In this document: piece after piece, positions 43,656-53,579 of the stretch | How positions within the stretch are numbered: position 1 is the stretch's first letter | Layout of the letters: every line of letters starts with the position of its first letter | Assembly: GCA_030693425.1 (NCBI GenBank) | Contig: JAUYAM010000002.1 | Coordinates: 81,151 to 145,150, forward strand | DNA length: 64,000 bases | Source of the DNA: a bacterium | GTDB taxonomy: Bacteria > Patescibacteriota > Minisyncoccia > Minisyncoccales > GWA2-46-15 | Direction of reading: 5' to 3' | Notes under the pieces: generated by a model | What the model saw: only the letters and a program-made list of their open reading frames with translations | Told to the model about the DNA's origin: nothing | Databases searched by the model: none | Made by a program: the position numbers and the translations under genes

Positions 43656-45152
43656 CTAGAGATTGTAGACTTGGCTGTACTTTTCCTCCAAGTATGCCAG
43701 ATAGGGACCGGGATTCAGATCTTCCCCGGTCAGACTTCTGACCAGGGCTGGCATTTCGTAAGCCATGCCCCAGTCGTGGATATGATCTTTCAGCCACGCT
43801 TTGACGGCCAAGAGTTTCCCTGACCCGATTTCAGCCGTGAGGCTCATGTCGGTTTCCATCCTTTCGCGGATCATGGCAGTCATCAGGTTGCCCAGCAAAT
43901 AGGAAGGAAAGTAGCCGATGTAGCCGACCGACCAGTGCACATCCTGGAGACAACCCACGGCGTCATTCTCGGGCGTGATTCCAAGATATTCTTTCATTTT
44001 GGCGTTCCAGGCCGCAGGCAGGTCAGCAGGGTCCAGTTCGCCGGAAAGCAAAGCAAGCTCCAATTCAAATCTCAGAAGGATATGGAGGCCGTATGTAACC
44101 TCGTCCGCCTCCGTCCTGATGAGCGAGGGTTTGGAAGCATTGATCGCTTTCCAAAAGGCGTCCAGCGGCACCTCTTGGAACTCCGGCATGATGGCTTTGA
44201 GGAACGGGAAGAAGTATTCCCAGAAAGCCATGCTGCGGCCGACGACGTTTTCCCAGAACCGCGACTGGGACTCATGCGTGGCCATGGAGTAAGCAAGGCC
44301 GCCGATGTCAAACCAGAGCCAGTCAAAGTCAGAGGCTGCCCCTTGGCAGTAGAGGCCGTGTCCTCCCTCGTGCATGGTGCCAAAAAGGCAGATCTTTATG
44401 TCGTTGGGTTTGATCTTGGTTGTGAGCCGGATGTCGTTGGGGCCGACAGTGATGGTCATTGGATGGCCAGGAACGGCGATCAGTCTGCCGGACCCGAAAT
44501 CAAATCCCATGCGAGCCAGGATGAGCCGGCTGAATATTTCCTGGCGGTCGGGCGCAAAGAATCCCTGTATACAGGATTCGTCCACTGGCTTCGCCTCAGC
44601 AATCCTTCTGACCAGGTCAGTCAGAGGCTGTCGCAGCGGAAATAGGACTCTCTTCGTTTCCTCCGCTGTTATGCCAGGCTCAAAGTCGGGTGCGAGGTCG
44701 TCGTACGGGTGATGTCCAGAGCCCAATGCGCTGGCTCTTTCTTTGGCCAGGTTAAGGACTTGCCTCAAGCTGGGCAGAAAGACGTCGAAGTTGGCTCTAT
44801 CTTTAGCTTGTGTCCAATCACGATGGGCCTGGGAGGTGGCCTTGGCAAGGGCGCTGACGAGATGTAGCGGAACTGCCTTGGCTCGCGTATAGCCTCGCTC
44901 AATCATCCGGACAAGATTGGCGCGGCCTGGGTCAAGATCGGTAACGCTGGCCAATTGAGCCAGCACTTCTCCGATTTCCGGCCGGGTGAACATTTCGGCT
45001 GCTTTTCCTGCCATGAAAGCCTTGATTTCGTCGCGCCCGGGGCCGGCATTGTTTGGCAGCATAGTTTCCCTGTCTGCGTCAAAGAGGGACAGGGTGTGGC
45101 CGTAATAGGCCACCTCTTTCAAGAGAAGTAGTAATTCTTCCCATTTAGTCAT
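43656..45152 (-). CDS. M32-family carboxypeptidase (Taq-type)
   Basis: HEGGHGLY zinc motif, about 500 aa, GC-rich. GGAGG SD 5 nt upstream. Confidence 0.8.
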   Translation of the reverse strand: MTKWEELLLLLKEVAYYGHTLSLFDADRETMLPNNAGPGRDEIKAFMAGKAAEMFTRPEIGEVLAQLASVTDLDPGRANLVRMIERGYTRAKAVPLHLVSALAKATSQAHRDWTQAKDRANFDVFLPSLRQVLNLAKERASALGSGHHPYDDLAPDFEPGITAEETKRVLFPLRQPLTDLVRRIAEAKPVDESCIQGFFAPDRQEIFSRLILARMGFDFGSGRLIAVPGHPMTITVGPNDIRLTTKIKPNDIKICLFGTMHEGGHGLYCQGAASDFDWLWFDIGGLAYSMATHESQSRFWENVVGRSMAFWEYFFPFLKAIMPEFQEVPLDAFWKAINASKPSLIRTEADEVTYGLHILLRFELELALLSGELDPADLPAAWNAKMKEYLGITPENDAVGCLQDVHWSVGYIGYFPSYLLGNLMTAMIRERMETDMSLTAEIGSGKLLAVKAWLKDHIHDWGMAYEMPALVRSLTGEDLNPGPYLAYLEEKYSQVYNL

Positions 45153-45319
45153 TTCATCCTCCGATCTGTTATCTAAGAGATAAGGTGTCTTTTTGAGAAT
45201 CTTGTTATGCGAAAGGGCTGATAAGCCTCCTTTTTCAGGATCGTGAACGCGATCCCTATAATAAAATACTAAAACGGTCTGACTAAAGTGTCAAACAGAA
45301 AAATAGATCTTTGATGGGA

Positions 45320-45874
45320 CTAATTTAGGGAACTCGGATTTTTGTCCAGGAAATCTTTCATCTTGACGAGGGCGATTTTGCGCATCGATATTCTGTCCTT
45401 TTCTTCCGGGGTTATTTGGGCAAAGGTTTTAGTAAGCCCCTGGGGCATGAAAATCGGATCCCAGCCAAAGCCGTTCTGGCCCAGAGGTTTTTCCGGCATC
45501 TTGCCCCTAATTTCCCCGCAAAAGACCATTGATTCTTTGCCGTTATACAGGCAAACGCAGGTTTTAGCTATGACTGTCCGATTTTTATCCTGGAGAAGCC
45601 GGCAAAGACCGTCGTTTCCCAGAGTTTTGAGAACCCATTTGATCAAAGCTCCGGGAAAGCCTTTCCACGCTTCAATATAAAAACCGGTGTCTTCAACCAT
45701 CACCGGTTTTCTTGCCAGATCAAACGCTTTTTCAGCCTTGTCTTTGACTATTTCTTCAACGTCAAGGCTCTGGATTTCTTTGATATCCAAATTGACTTTG
45801 TCGATTTTAAAGCCCAAGATGCTTTCCGCTTCCTTGAGTTTATTTTCGCTTGAAGTGACAAAACAGAGCCGCAT
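45320..45874 (-). CDS. rdgB: non-canonical purine NTP pyrophosphatase (RdgB/HAM1)
   Basis: 184 aa. FVTSSENK, EDTGFYI and GFGWDPIF motifs. Confidence 0.8.
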   Translation of the reverse strand: MRLCFVTSSENKLKEAESILGFKIDKVNLDIKEIQSLDVEEIVKDKAEKAFDLARKPVMVEDTGFYIEAWKGFPGALIKWVLKTLGNDGLCRLLQDKNRTVIAKTCVCLYNGKESMVFCGEIRGKMPEKPLGQNGFGWDPIFMPQGLTKTFAQITPEEKDRISMRKIALVKMKDFLDKNPSSLN

Positions 45875-45891
45875 GCTATTTTAGGACGGAA

Positions 45892-46452
45892 TCAATATAT
45901 AAAAGGAATAATTAAGGCAACTTTTTTCCTGTAGTCTAGATATTCTTTATCAAATTTATTATTCAGCTCTTGCTCTTCGATTCTGGCCCTGTAGATCAGC
46001 AGTCCGGATATCAGCGCGGCCAACCCAAGCAGAACGTATGAGCGGACCACGAGCAGGCAGCCGAGGAGCATTACCATATTGGCAAAGTACATCGGGTGTC
46101 TGACTATTGAGTACGGACCCTTGGTTATTAATTCGTGATCTTTGACTATTCTGGCCGGGCCGCTCCATTGCTTTCCTAAAATCTTTCTCGCCCATTCATT
46201 GAACAGAACGCCAGAAACGATTAACGTCATCCCGATTAGGAATGGCCAGATCTCCAGGGATTTCGGCATGATCAGACAGATGGCCAGAAGATAGAATAAT
46301 ATTGACAGGAATAGCGGTAGCTCCCCGATTATCTTCAGTTTCTCTTTCTCAGCCGGTTTCTGGCGGCGTTTTTTCCCCATAATAAGCGGGATCCTGACCA
46401 GGAGCCAATAGGCGGTTATGAATAGAATAAAAATTATCTTCGGAATTTCCAC
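45892..46452 (-). CDS. isoprenylcysteine carboxyl methyltransferase (ICMT/PEMT)-family membrane protein
   Basis: Multi-TM protein with GPYSIVRHPMY and RIEEQEL motifs. Confidence 0.7.
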   Translation of the reverse strand: MEIPKIIFILFITAYWLLVRIPLIMGKKRRQKPAEKEKLKIIGELPLFLSILFYLLAICLIMPKSLEIWPFLIGMTLIVSGVLFNEWARKILGKQWSGPARIVKDHELITKGPYSIVRHPMYFANMVMLLGCLLVVRSYVLLGLAALISGLLIYRARIEEQELNNKFDKEYLDYRKKVALIIPFIY

Positions 46453-46925
46453 CTCAACTTTTCTATTAGCTTCTTATCCAGCGGCTGGGATTTCTTCCAG
46501 ATATTATTGAAGTAGGCGGCCGTCATCTTTGCGAAATCTCTGTCTTTTATCAATATGTTTAAGAGTTCGTTCTTTGGCATCGGAAATTCGAGCAAAACTG
46601 TCTTTCTGTCGCGGACAGAAACGCTGAATCCGTGATGAGGAAAATGCCTTACTTCAATCCCCTGTTCCAGTCTTTTTAAATTCTTTTCAAGGCTGGCTTT
46701 ATTCGAAATGTTTTCGATAAACTTAACAGTGACCTTATCTTTCTTCAAAAACTTTCCTCTTTTGCTCTCGGCGGTCTTAATCCTCTTTTTTGGAGTGGTT
46801 TCCGGCGCGACGATAACAAGACTTTCTTTCTCGGTCTCTTCCCAGTTCCCTATTCTTAAAGCGATCGCTTTCTTGATTCCGAAAAAGAGCCCTATATTTT
46901 TACTTGGAATAAAGGTTTTTCCCAT
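46434..46925 (-). CDS. hypothetical protein (163 aa)
   Basis: ORF in an operon-like overlap with the downstream gene. No recognised motif. Confidence 0.4.
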   Translation of the reverse strand: MGKTFIPSKNIGLFFGIKKAIALRIGNWEETEKESLVIVAPETTPKKRIKTAESKRGKFLKKDKVTVKFIENISNKASLEKNLKRLEQGIEVRHFPHHGFSVSVRDRKTVLLEFPMPKNELLNILIKDRDFAKMTAAYFNNIWKKSQPLDKKLIEKLRWKFRR

Positions 46926-47130
46926 GATTAGATATTAAAGAAGTTGTTTTTTTGGAATTTGGAAAGATATCAAGTGATATAAGATTAAACTTTTAAGTAT
47001 TCATTTTAGCCATAAACCCGAAACTCCAAAATGCCTGATTTAATTCTACAATAATCAGAAGAATTTCTCTAGGCGGAATTATTTGAAAGGTGACTGTCAC
47101 CCATTCACTACCCATTCACTATCATCTCTA

Positions 47131-47165
47131 ACAAAAAACTCAGTGCGTCCTCCATCGCACCGAGT
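47131..47165 (-). terminator. intrinsic terminator downstream of the M20 peptidase gene
   Basis: Minus strand: ACUCGGUGCG-AUGGAGGA-CGCACUGAGU followed by UUUUUUGU. Confidence 0.75.
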
Positions 47166-47186
47166 TATCTATGATCTTCATGAAAT

Positions 47187-48428
47187 TTAGATGCTCATTC
47201 TGGAGTAGCGCCTGATCATATTAAGTATGATTGGAGGCACCAGCTCGAGCTCATCAACGACCAGGAACTCCTTTGGGCCGTGTAAATTCCTGGCCCCTGC
47301 CCCTATATTGGGAGCCGGCAGGTCCGGATAGAGCATGTTTAGGGCAGCACCGTCCGTTCCCCCACGGACATCACCCAACTTTGGTTCAAGGCCCAAGGCG
47401 CGATGGGCATCAATTGCCGGCTGAACCAGGTCCATGTGCTTGTCAACGGCCAGGCGGGTATTAATACAGCTTAGTTTATCATCAACAGTAGCCGTACACC
47501 CGTACCGGTGAGCGCAGCGTTCGGCAAGCGTCCGGAGCGTTTGTGCCATCTGCTCTAATTCTGCCGTGTCAAACGATCGAGGCACGCAGGTGACTGATGC
47601 CAGAGTCGCGTCGCCCTTTATCTCCACGACATAATAAAATGGTCGTTGTCCGCTGGCGGTCATTGGCGTCGGATACTCCTCAGCCAGCCTTGCTACAAAT
47701 TTGGCGGCAGCGTAGTGAGCTGGTTTGATTCTATCGCCCTGAAGACCAGGATGCGCCGTTTCGCCCTTGAAGCTGATTACGGTCAGATGGCTGGCAAGAC
47801 AGCCGACGTCAATCAACCCTGCCTGTTCCCCATCTACGGTCCAAAATATACTCCAGGACCTAACCGTTTCTGCGGGCACGGCTTCAAAGTCCAGGCCACC
47901 GGTTTCCTCATCTACGCAAAACCAAAACGTGAGAGGCCCGTGTTCGATGCTGTCAGCCAGAAGTGATCGAATAACCACGACGAGAGCAGCAACGCCAGCC
48001 TTGTCATCCGCGCCAAGGAGCGTGCTGCCGTCAGCGGTGACGATCCTTTTGCCTCCTCCTAGCCCGGCAAGATCATTCGCCGAAATTATCACTCCTCCTT
48101 GAGGAAGAACAATATCCCCGCCTCTGTAATAGTGAACGATCGGGCAAGCTTTGCCGGGAAAGCTATAGTGAGTGTCAAGGTGAACCGCATAAACAACATG
48201 CGGAGCTCCTTGTGAACCTGGCGTGGCCGAGAAATTGACCAGGAACGAACCATCCCGAAGGGGTATGAGTTGATCGAATCCCAAACCCGCTTCAAGAAGT
48301 TGGCGTTGGATTAACTCACCAAGAACTTTCTGCCCGGCTGAGCTTGGGTGTTGACTGCTCCCCATGACAGACCTGGTGTCAATCCAAACGTATTGTAAAA
48401 AAAGATCTAAAAGACTTATTTGTGCCAT
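47187..48428 (-). CDS. M20-family metallopeptidase (peptidase T-like)
   Basis: HLDTH, GADDKAGVAAL and DEETGG motifs. GC-rich. Start moved to the second ATG (MAQISLL), giving 9-nt spacing from the GGAG. Confidence 0.75.
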   Translation of the reverse strand: MAQISLLDLFLQYVWIDTRSVMGSSQHPSSAGQKVLGELIQRQLLEAGLGFDQLIPLRDGSFLVNFSATPGSQGAPHVVYAVHLDTHYSFPGKACPIVHYYRGGDIVLPQGGVIISANDLAGLGGGKRIVTADGSTLLGADDKAGVAALVVVIRSLLADSIEHGPLTFWFCVDEETGGLDFEAVPAETVRSWSIFWTVDGEQAGLIDVGCLASHLTVISFKGETAHPGLQGDRIKPAHYAAAKFVARLAEEYPTPMTASGQRPFYYVVEIKGDATLASVTCVPRSFDTAELEQMAQTLRTLAERCAHRYGCTATVDDKLSCINTRLAVDKHMDLVQPAIDAHRALGLEPKLGDVRGGTDGAALNMLYPDLPAPNIGAGARNLHGPKEFLVVDELELVPPIILNMIRRYSRMSI

Positions 48429-48560
48429 TGGGCACATCTCCTTTTCTAGCTCGTCTGAGAGCTATCTCTAGCCAAACAGAAAAAGTTCTTTCAGTCAAGA
48501 GTCAATTACAAAAAACCCTGTCAAAAAAACAAGGTTGTCTATAGAATAAATCTAAAGAAA

Positions 48561-48593
48561 ACAAAAAAAGAGTCACTAAAAAAAAGTGACTCT
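48561..48593 (-). terminator. intrinsic terminator about 280 nt downstream of the DedA-like gene
   Basis: Minus strand: AGAGUCAC-U8A-GUGACUCU followed by UUUUUUGU. Confidence 0.65.
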
Positions 48594-48869
48594 CCCAACT
48601 TCTCTTTTCCGCGCTGGCGGGCGTTTGGTCGACATGCTCATCGTGCGCTTGTACTTCAAATGGTACTTCCACGCCCGGAGCCTCGGAAAAGAATCAACAT
48701 TGAGAGAGCCACAAATTAGCCACCTTTAGCTAAAAAGACGACCACTTTGCGACTCTCCCAACGATATGTTTAAGGAGCTATATTTACACAAGCAAATTCC
48801 AAAAAGTTTGTCAACAGTCCCGGCGGTTTTGGGCGTAGCAATCGGACATCGTTTGTTCGGAGGTTATTA

Positions 48870-49385
48870 TTAAATAATCTTTCCAAACGATACGATGCCA
48901 AATCCCAATATAATAAACCGAACGAATTTGCCCAAAAACATAGGAAGAACAAAACTTTTATAAGGAAATTCCAAATAGCCGGCGACAAAGCCGATTATAT
49001 CGTAAGGTATTGGAATCAAAGACCAAACAAAAAAAGCGATCGGGCCAAATTTGTGGATGCTTGCTTCTATTTTCTCCACTTTTTTGGAACGGGGCATAAT
49101 CACGTCCCCGCTTCTGCCCACCAGCCAACTGACGCTGTCGTTTAACGACATTCCCAGAGCCGAGGCCAGGGCCAACCAAAAAATGTTCATGTGCTTGGCT
49201 AGCGAAAATACCAGTAAAGTCCCGGGGCCGAACAAGTTGAAAACAAAAACGCCGCTATAGCCAAATTTCAGAAACGGCTTTGGATCAAGCGAGATGACAA
49301 GAGTTAAAACAAAAAATAAAATACCCAAGATAATGGTTATTTCTTTAAATCTTCGCGATTGGAAAATTTTTGCTAACTTGCTCAT
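48870..49385 (-). CDS. DedA/VTT-domain (YqaA-like) membrane protein
   Basis: 171 aa, multi-TM. SLIPIPYDIIGFVAGYL pattern. Confidence 0.6.
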   Translation of the reverse strand: MSKLAKIFQSRRFKEITIILGILFFVLTLVISLDPKPFLKFGYSGVFVFNLFGPGTLLVFSLAKHMNIFWLALASALGMSLNDSVSWLVGRSGDVIMPRSKKVEKIEASIHKFGPIAFFVWSLIPIPYDIIGFVAGYLEFPYKSFVLPMFLGKFVRFIILGFGIVSFGKII

Positions 49386-49491
49386 TATCTCAAAATTGCC
49401 CGAATGCCCTGAGTTTATCGAAGGACTACTACCGGGAAAGGGGAATTTTAGCGATTTTAGCTATTCCCTAATGACGCGTTTCGGTCGTGGG

Positions 49492-50079
49492 TTATTTCAA
49501 TAAATTTAAGTCTGCAGTAATTCTTTTGGTTAATTCATTTTTTCCTTCATTTGTTTTGGCCGAATATCGCAAAACTGGTATATCTCGCGCTTCTTTTTGG
49601 ATTAACGAAAGCTGTTTTTCCGCGGCGCCTTTAGCTAATTTATCAATTTTGTTTGCAATAATGATAACTTGGTGTTTGTTTGCTTCAAGAATTTTTATCA
49701 TATCCCGATCAAGGGCAGTCAAACCGACGTTGGCATCAATAATTAAAAAAATTGCCTTTGGCCTCGCTTTGGAAAACTCCACATACCAAAGAATCCTTTT
49801 GATCATTTTGTTGCGTTCCAATATCGAACACTTCGCATATCCGTATCCGGGAAAATCAACTAAATAAAAAGAATCATTGATGCGGAAAAAATTCGCTTCA
49901 CGCGTTTTCCCCGGCGTCTTGCTCACTTTTACAAAGTCTTTTTTACCGACTAAAGAGTTAATTACGCTTGATTTCCCCGCATTGGAACGGCCAAAAAAAG
50001 CGATATGCGGCAAATTATCTTCCATGCCGTAATTGTCTCCGATAACACCTTTGACAAATTCTACTTTTGATATTTTCAT
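49492..50079 (-). CDS. engB: ribosome biogenesis GTP-binding protein YsxC/EngB
   Basis: GRSNAGKSS (G1), DFPGYG (G3) and NKIDK (G4). Confidence 0.85.
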   Translation of the reverse strand: MKISKVEFVKGVIGDNYGMEDNLPHIAFFGRSNAGKSSVINSLVGKKDFVKVSKTPGKTREANFFRINDSFYLVDFPGYGYAKCSILERNKMIKRILWYVEFSKARPKAIFLIIDANVGLTALDRDMIKILEANKHQVIIIANKIDKLAKGAAEKQLSLIQKEARDIPVLRYSAKTNEGKNELTKRITADLNLLK

Positions 50080-50280
50080 ATTTATAATTTCTTCCTATCA
50101 TTCCTTCCTGTTCTATCGAAACGAAAAACACTCTCTATGTATATTAGGATTTTAGCACAAAATGAGGCAAATGAGACACGGAAAGCGGTATTTCGGCGTG
50201 TGCGGGGCTCGGATTCGAACCGGTCATGGTTTAGCGCTGAAGATTTCTCCGCCGTTCTTTTTTGTGATATGGTACTCTAT

Positions 50281-51459
50281 ATGGATCAATCTTTGGGTTT
50301 TTACAGCCTTGGCATCGCCCCAAACATATTACAGATACTTGATAGACTTAATTTCAAAGTTCCCACTCCTATTCAGGAAAAATCGATTCCTCCGGCGATA
50401 GAGGGAAAAGATATGATCGGCATCGCCCAGACCGGCACCGGAAAGACGCTGGCTTTCGGCGTGCCCATGATTCAGGCCGCGCTCCGAGGAAAACAGGGGC
50501 TCGTCGTCTTGCCGACAAGAGAGCTCGCCCTCCAAATAAATGAAGTCTTCCATAAGATCGGATCTCCCCTCGGCGTGCGGACGGCGGTTTTGATCGGCGG
50601 CGAACCCATTGGCCGCCAGATTCAAGCGCTCCGTAGGAATCCTCAGATTGTGATTGGCACCCCGGGAAGGGTCATCGATCATCTTGGGCAAAAGACGGTT
50701 TCGTTCAAATCCATTGCCGTTCTGGTTCTCGACGAGGCAGATCGGATGCTTGATATGGGTTTTGCGCCACAGTTGAAGCGGATACTCCAGGTACTGCCTC
50801 GCGATCGGCAAACCATGCTTTTCTCGGCGACAATGCCTCAAGACATCGTTATTATGGCGCGCTCGTATATGAAATTTCCTGTTCGTATTGAGATCGCTCC
50901 ACCGGGTACTCCGCCCGAGAAGATTACGCAAGAACTTTTCTTCGTGCAGAAACAGGACAAGCCGCGGCTTCTAGAAAAAATTTTAACGGAATATCGCGGA
51001 TCCGTGCTTATATTTTCCCGCACGAAATTCGGCGCGAGAAAAATTACCAGAAACATCCGCGCTTTGGGCCAGACCGCGGCAGAAATTCACTCAAATAGGT
51101 CGCTTAACCAGCGCCGGGAGGCACTCGAAGGATTTCGGAACGGAACTTATCGAATTCTCGTGGCCACCGACATTGCCGCTCGCGGCATAGACGTGAGGGG
51201 CATCGAGCTGGTGCTAAACTACGATCTTCCCCATAGCCCGGAGGACTACGTTCATCGCATCGGACGGACGGGACGGGTAGGTGATGCTGGCCATGCTATC
51301 TCTTTTGCCATGCCAGAGGAGAAAAGCGATGTCTGGGGGATCGAGCGGCTGATCCGAGAAACTTTACCGCTCTCGAAACTTCCCCAGCTTCCACTCGTCC
51401 GCCCGGCCATATTTGTGCCAAGATATTCAAGGCCGGGACGGTTCAGACGACAGAGATAG
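50281..51459 (+). CDS. DEAD-box ATP-dependent RNA helicase
   Basis: Q motif (PTPIQ), AQTGTGKT, DEAD, SAT and HRIGRTGR. Start trimmed to MDQSLGF. Confidence 0.9.
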   Translation: MDQSLGFYSLGIAPNILQILDRLNFKVPTPIQEKSIPPAIEGKDMIGIAQTGTGKTLAFGVPMIQAALRGKQGLVVLPTRELALQINEVFHKIGSPLGVRTAVLIGGEPIGRQIQALRRNPQIVIGTPGRVIDHLGQKTVSFKSIAVLVLDEADRMLDMGFAPQLKRILQVLPRDRQTMLFSATMPQDIVIMARSYMKFPVRIEIAPPGTPPEKITQELFFVQKQDKPRLLEKILTEYRGSVLIFSRTKFGARKITRNIRALGQTAAEIHSNRSLNQRREALEGFRNGTYRILVATDIAARGIDVRGIELVLNYDLPHSPEDYVHRIGRTGRVGDAGHAISFAMPEEKSDVWGIERLIRETLPLSKLPQLPLVRPAIFVPRYSRPGRFRRQR

Positions 51460-51465
51460 TTCTTG

Positions 51466-52428
51466 TCATTTTTTAGCCTTGATGTCGTTCAGGATCTTTT
51501 CTACATTTTTTATGCTTTCCGTATCGTTCACAGAAATCGCTATCACATAGGGATCTATTTTTTTGAGCGCCGATAATTTTTTATTGAGATCTTTCGGCAT
51601 TACCAGATCGCTCTTTGTTAGAAAAAGACGTTCTGGTTTTTTAAGGAGCGCCATGTTCCACGCGCCTAGTTCTTGGCGGATGATCTGGTAGTCTTTCAGG
51701 GGAGCTGCAGATTCCGTTGAAATAAAGTGGAAAAGAATATGCGTCCGCTCAATGTGGCGGAGGAATTTGATACCCAGCCCTCGACCGCTTGATGATCCCT
51801 CGATGAGCCCGGGAATATCCGCGAGGATAAGTTCGTAGTATGCGCCTAAGTTGGGTTCAAGCGTGGTAAATGGATAATTGGCTACTTTGCTTTTGGCATT
51901 CGTAAGCTCATTGAGCCAGCTTGATTTGCCGACATTTGGAAGTCCCACGAAACCGATATCGGCAATAAACTTGAGCTCGAGCCGGAAGGCAAAATGCTCT
52001 CCGGGCAGACCCGGTTGCGCTTGTTTCGGCGTGGTGTTGCGTGAAGAACGAAACTGGAAATTGCCTTTTCCGCCGAGGCCGCCTTTGGCGAGGAGGATCC
52101 GCTCGCCGGTCTTTTCAAAGTTAATTTCGCTGCCGTTTGTAAGGTTGTGGGCGACGGTTCCGATTGGAAGTTTCAGGACGAGATCACTTGCGTTGTAACC
52201 GTCGCGGAACTGACCGCGGCCGTCCCGGCCGTCCTCCGCCGAAAACACCTTTTTAAAGCGGAACTGCCGGAGCGCCGTGAGATCGGAGACGCCTTCGCCA
52301 TAGACGCTGCCGCCCTTGCCGCCCGACCCTCCGACCGGCCCGAGGCTTTTCATGTTTTTATTAAACGCCACCGCGCCCTTTCCGCCATGGCCAGCCTTTA
52401 TTTCTATTTCAACGTCGTCAATAAGCAT
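51466..52428 (-). CDS. obg: GTPase Obg/CgtA
   Basis: Obg fold (KAGHGGKGAVAF, glycine-rich repeats) plus a GTPase domain (GLPNVGKSS, DIPGLIEG). Confidence 0.9.
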   Translation of the reverse strand: MLIDDVEIEIKAGHGGKGAVAFNKNMKSLGPVGGSGGKGGSVYGEGVSDLTALRQFRFKKVFSAEDGRDGRGQFRDGYNASDLVLKLPIGTVAHNLTNGSEINFEKTGERILLAKGGLGGKGNFQFRSSRNTTPKQAQPGLPGEHFAFRLELKFIADIGFVGLPNVGKSSWLNELTNAKSKVANYPFTTLEPNLGAYYELILADIPGLIEGSSSGRGLGIKFLRHIERTHILFHFISTESAAPLKDYQIIRQELGAWNMALLKKPERLFLTKSDLVMPKDLNKKLSALKKIDPYVIAISVNDTESIKNVEKILNDIKAKK

Positions 52429-52498
52429 TGCTTTTGTGTCACCTTGAATTCTTGAATTTTAACACAAAACAGATTCCCACGGGCAAGCCCGTGGGAAT

Positions 52499-52756
52499 CT
52501 ATGAATAAAGTTCTGAATGGGATCCAATGGTGATAAATATGGAGATTTTCTCTTTGGCTTGGAAAATCGCTCTGTAATTCCCTGTTATGTTGATGCTTCG
52601 GCATCCGGGGAACGCCCGCCCTACAAAATGATTGTTAAGGGATGGATCGAAGGGGTTATTTAGAAATATATCGAGGCGTTTTTGGAATTGCGTCTTGATA
52701 TTATTCGGCAGTTTACTAAACTTCTTTTTGAAATTTTTATGGAAAACAGCCTCCAT
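52499..52756 (-). CDS. type II toxin, RelE/YafQ-family mRNA interferase
   Basis: 85 aa. KKFSKLP...RLD.FL.NPFDPSL..H...G....RSINITGNYRAIF pattern. 4-nt gap to the upstream antitoxin. Confidence 0.7.
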   Translation of the reverse strand: MEAVFHKNFKKKFSKLPNNIKTQFQKRLDIFLNNPFDPSLNNHFVGRAFPGCRSINITGNYRAIFQAKEKISIFITIGSHSELYS

Positions 52757-52760
52757 GATT

Positions 52761-53036
52761 CTAACGCTTCAAATATGTCAGGGCTTTCTTCGCGTCTTTA
52801 AAAGCGGGAGAAAGATTTTTATTCCTTTTGATGTCTTGAGTCGCTTGTTCTATTTCTTGCTTGGTGTTTTGATTAAACGCAAGATCGTGACCCAAGATAA
52901 TATTGAGCTTATTCTCCGCGTACGCTTTCGCGGCAAGCTTAAGAATCATTGAAAAAGGCACGCCATCGGCTTGCGCTTTTTTCATGGCGCGCTCTTTGAT
53001 TTGCGAATCAATGCTGAAAATCATTTTGCTTGTCAT
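52761..53036 (-). CDS. type II antitoxin, RelB/DinJ-like (ribbon-helix-helix)
   Basis: 91 aa. An N-terminal beta-strand and helices (FSIDSQIKERAMKKAQADGVPFSMILKLAAKAYA) resemble DinJ. Confidence 0.65.
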   Translation of the reverse strand: MTSKMIFSIDSQIKERAMKKAQADGVPFSMILKLAAKAYAENKLNIILGHDLAFNQNTKQEIEQATQDIKRNKNLSPAFKDAKKALTYLKR

Positions 53037-53113
53037 ATATCGATTATATATCTACCATATATACATGTCAACCCATTCGATAAACTCAGGGTTGACCCTG
53101 AAGAAAAATAGTG

Positions 53114-53365
53114 TCAACTCTGATTTTTTATCAAATTAAGTTTCTTCTCACGGCGCCACCCCTTTATTTCTGATTCATAGCGCCTAGCGTCTTTAAGGGT
53201 GTTGAACTCCTTTGAAAACTTCAAAACCACAGGTCTTCTTAATTTTGTATAATGCGCGCCCCATTTTGAATTATTATGTTGTCTTATCCGTTTTGTTAAA
53301 TCATTCGTACATCCAACATATAATGACTGGTCTGCGCACTCAACTATGTAAACGTAATATGACAT
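53114..53365 (-). CDS. GIY-YIG nuclease-family protein (UPF0213-like), copy B
   Basis: Start trimmed to MSYYVYIVECADQSLYVGCTNDLTKRIRQHN. The longer track ORF reads through the tRNA gene. Confidence 0.8.
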   Translation of the reverse strand: MSYYVYIVECADQSLYVGCTNDLTKRIRQHNNSKWGAHYTKLRRPVVLKFSKEFNTLKDARRYESEIKGWRREKKLNLIKNQS

Positions 53366-53485
53366 GGCACTTCGTCGCCAAGGCTCCTCAGTGTCTTCAA
53401 TTTTCTGTATATTAAATTGGTCGAAATCCTGAGTGCAGCGAAGGATGTAGACTCTGAAATTTGAGCAGAAGCGAAAATTGAAGAG

Positions 53486-53556
53486 CTGCCGGGGAACGAA
53501 TCGAACGTTCATTAGAGCTTTCAAAGAGCTCCGTCCTACCATTAGACGACCCGGCA
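53486..53556 (-). tRNA. tRNA-Gln(UUG): tRNA-Gln (anticodon UUG)
   Basis: Hand-folded cloverleaf: TGCCGGG TC GTCT AATGGTA GGAC G GAGCT CTTTGAA AGCTC TAAT GAACG TTCGATT CGTTC CCCGGCA G. U1:A72 and G73 as in bacterial tRNA-Gln. CCA is not encoded. Confidence 0.9.
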
Positions 53557-53579
53557 ATATCTATTGCGCACTTAAAGCA

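Noticed and set aside
43935-44712. Plus-strand ORFs of 236, 105 and 112 aa inside the M32 carboxypeptidase gene
   Set aside because: They are shadow ORFs in GC-rich DNA. The minus-strand product carries the HExxH carboxypeptidase signature.
50190-50240. tRNA-like GGATTCGAACC (T-arm reverse complement) upstream of the DEAD-box helicase
   Set aside because: Only 3-4 bp of the T-stem can pair. There is no complementary acceptor 5' strand and no D or anticodon arm. At best it is a decayed tRNA 3' remnant and cannot be called.
53366-53557. N-terminal extensions of both GIY-YIG track ORFs (53366-53557 and 53817-53894)
   Set aside because: These extensions are translations through the tRNA-Gln gene and its partial duplicate. 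The conserved GIY-YIG domain begins at the internal Met in both cases.
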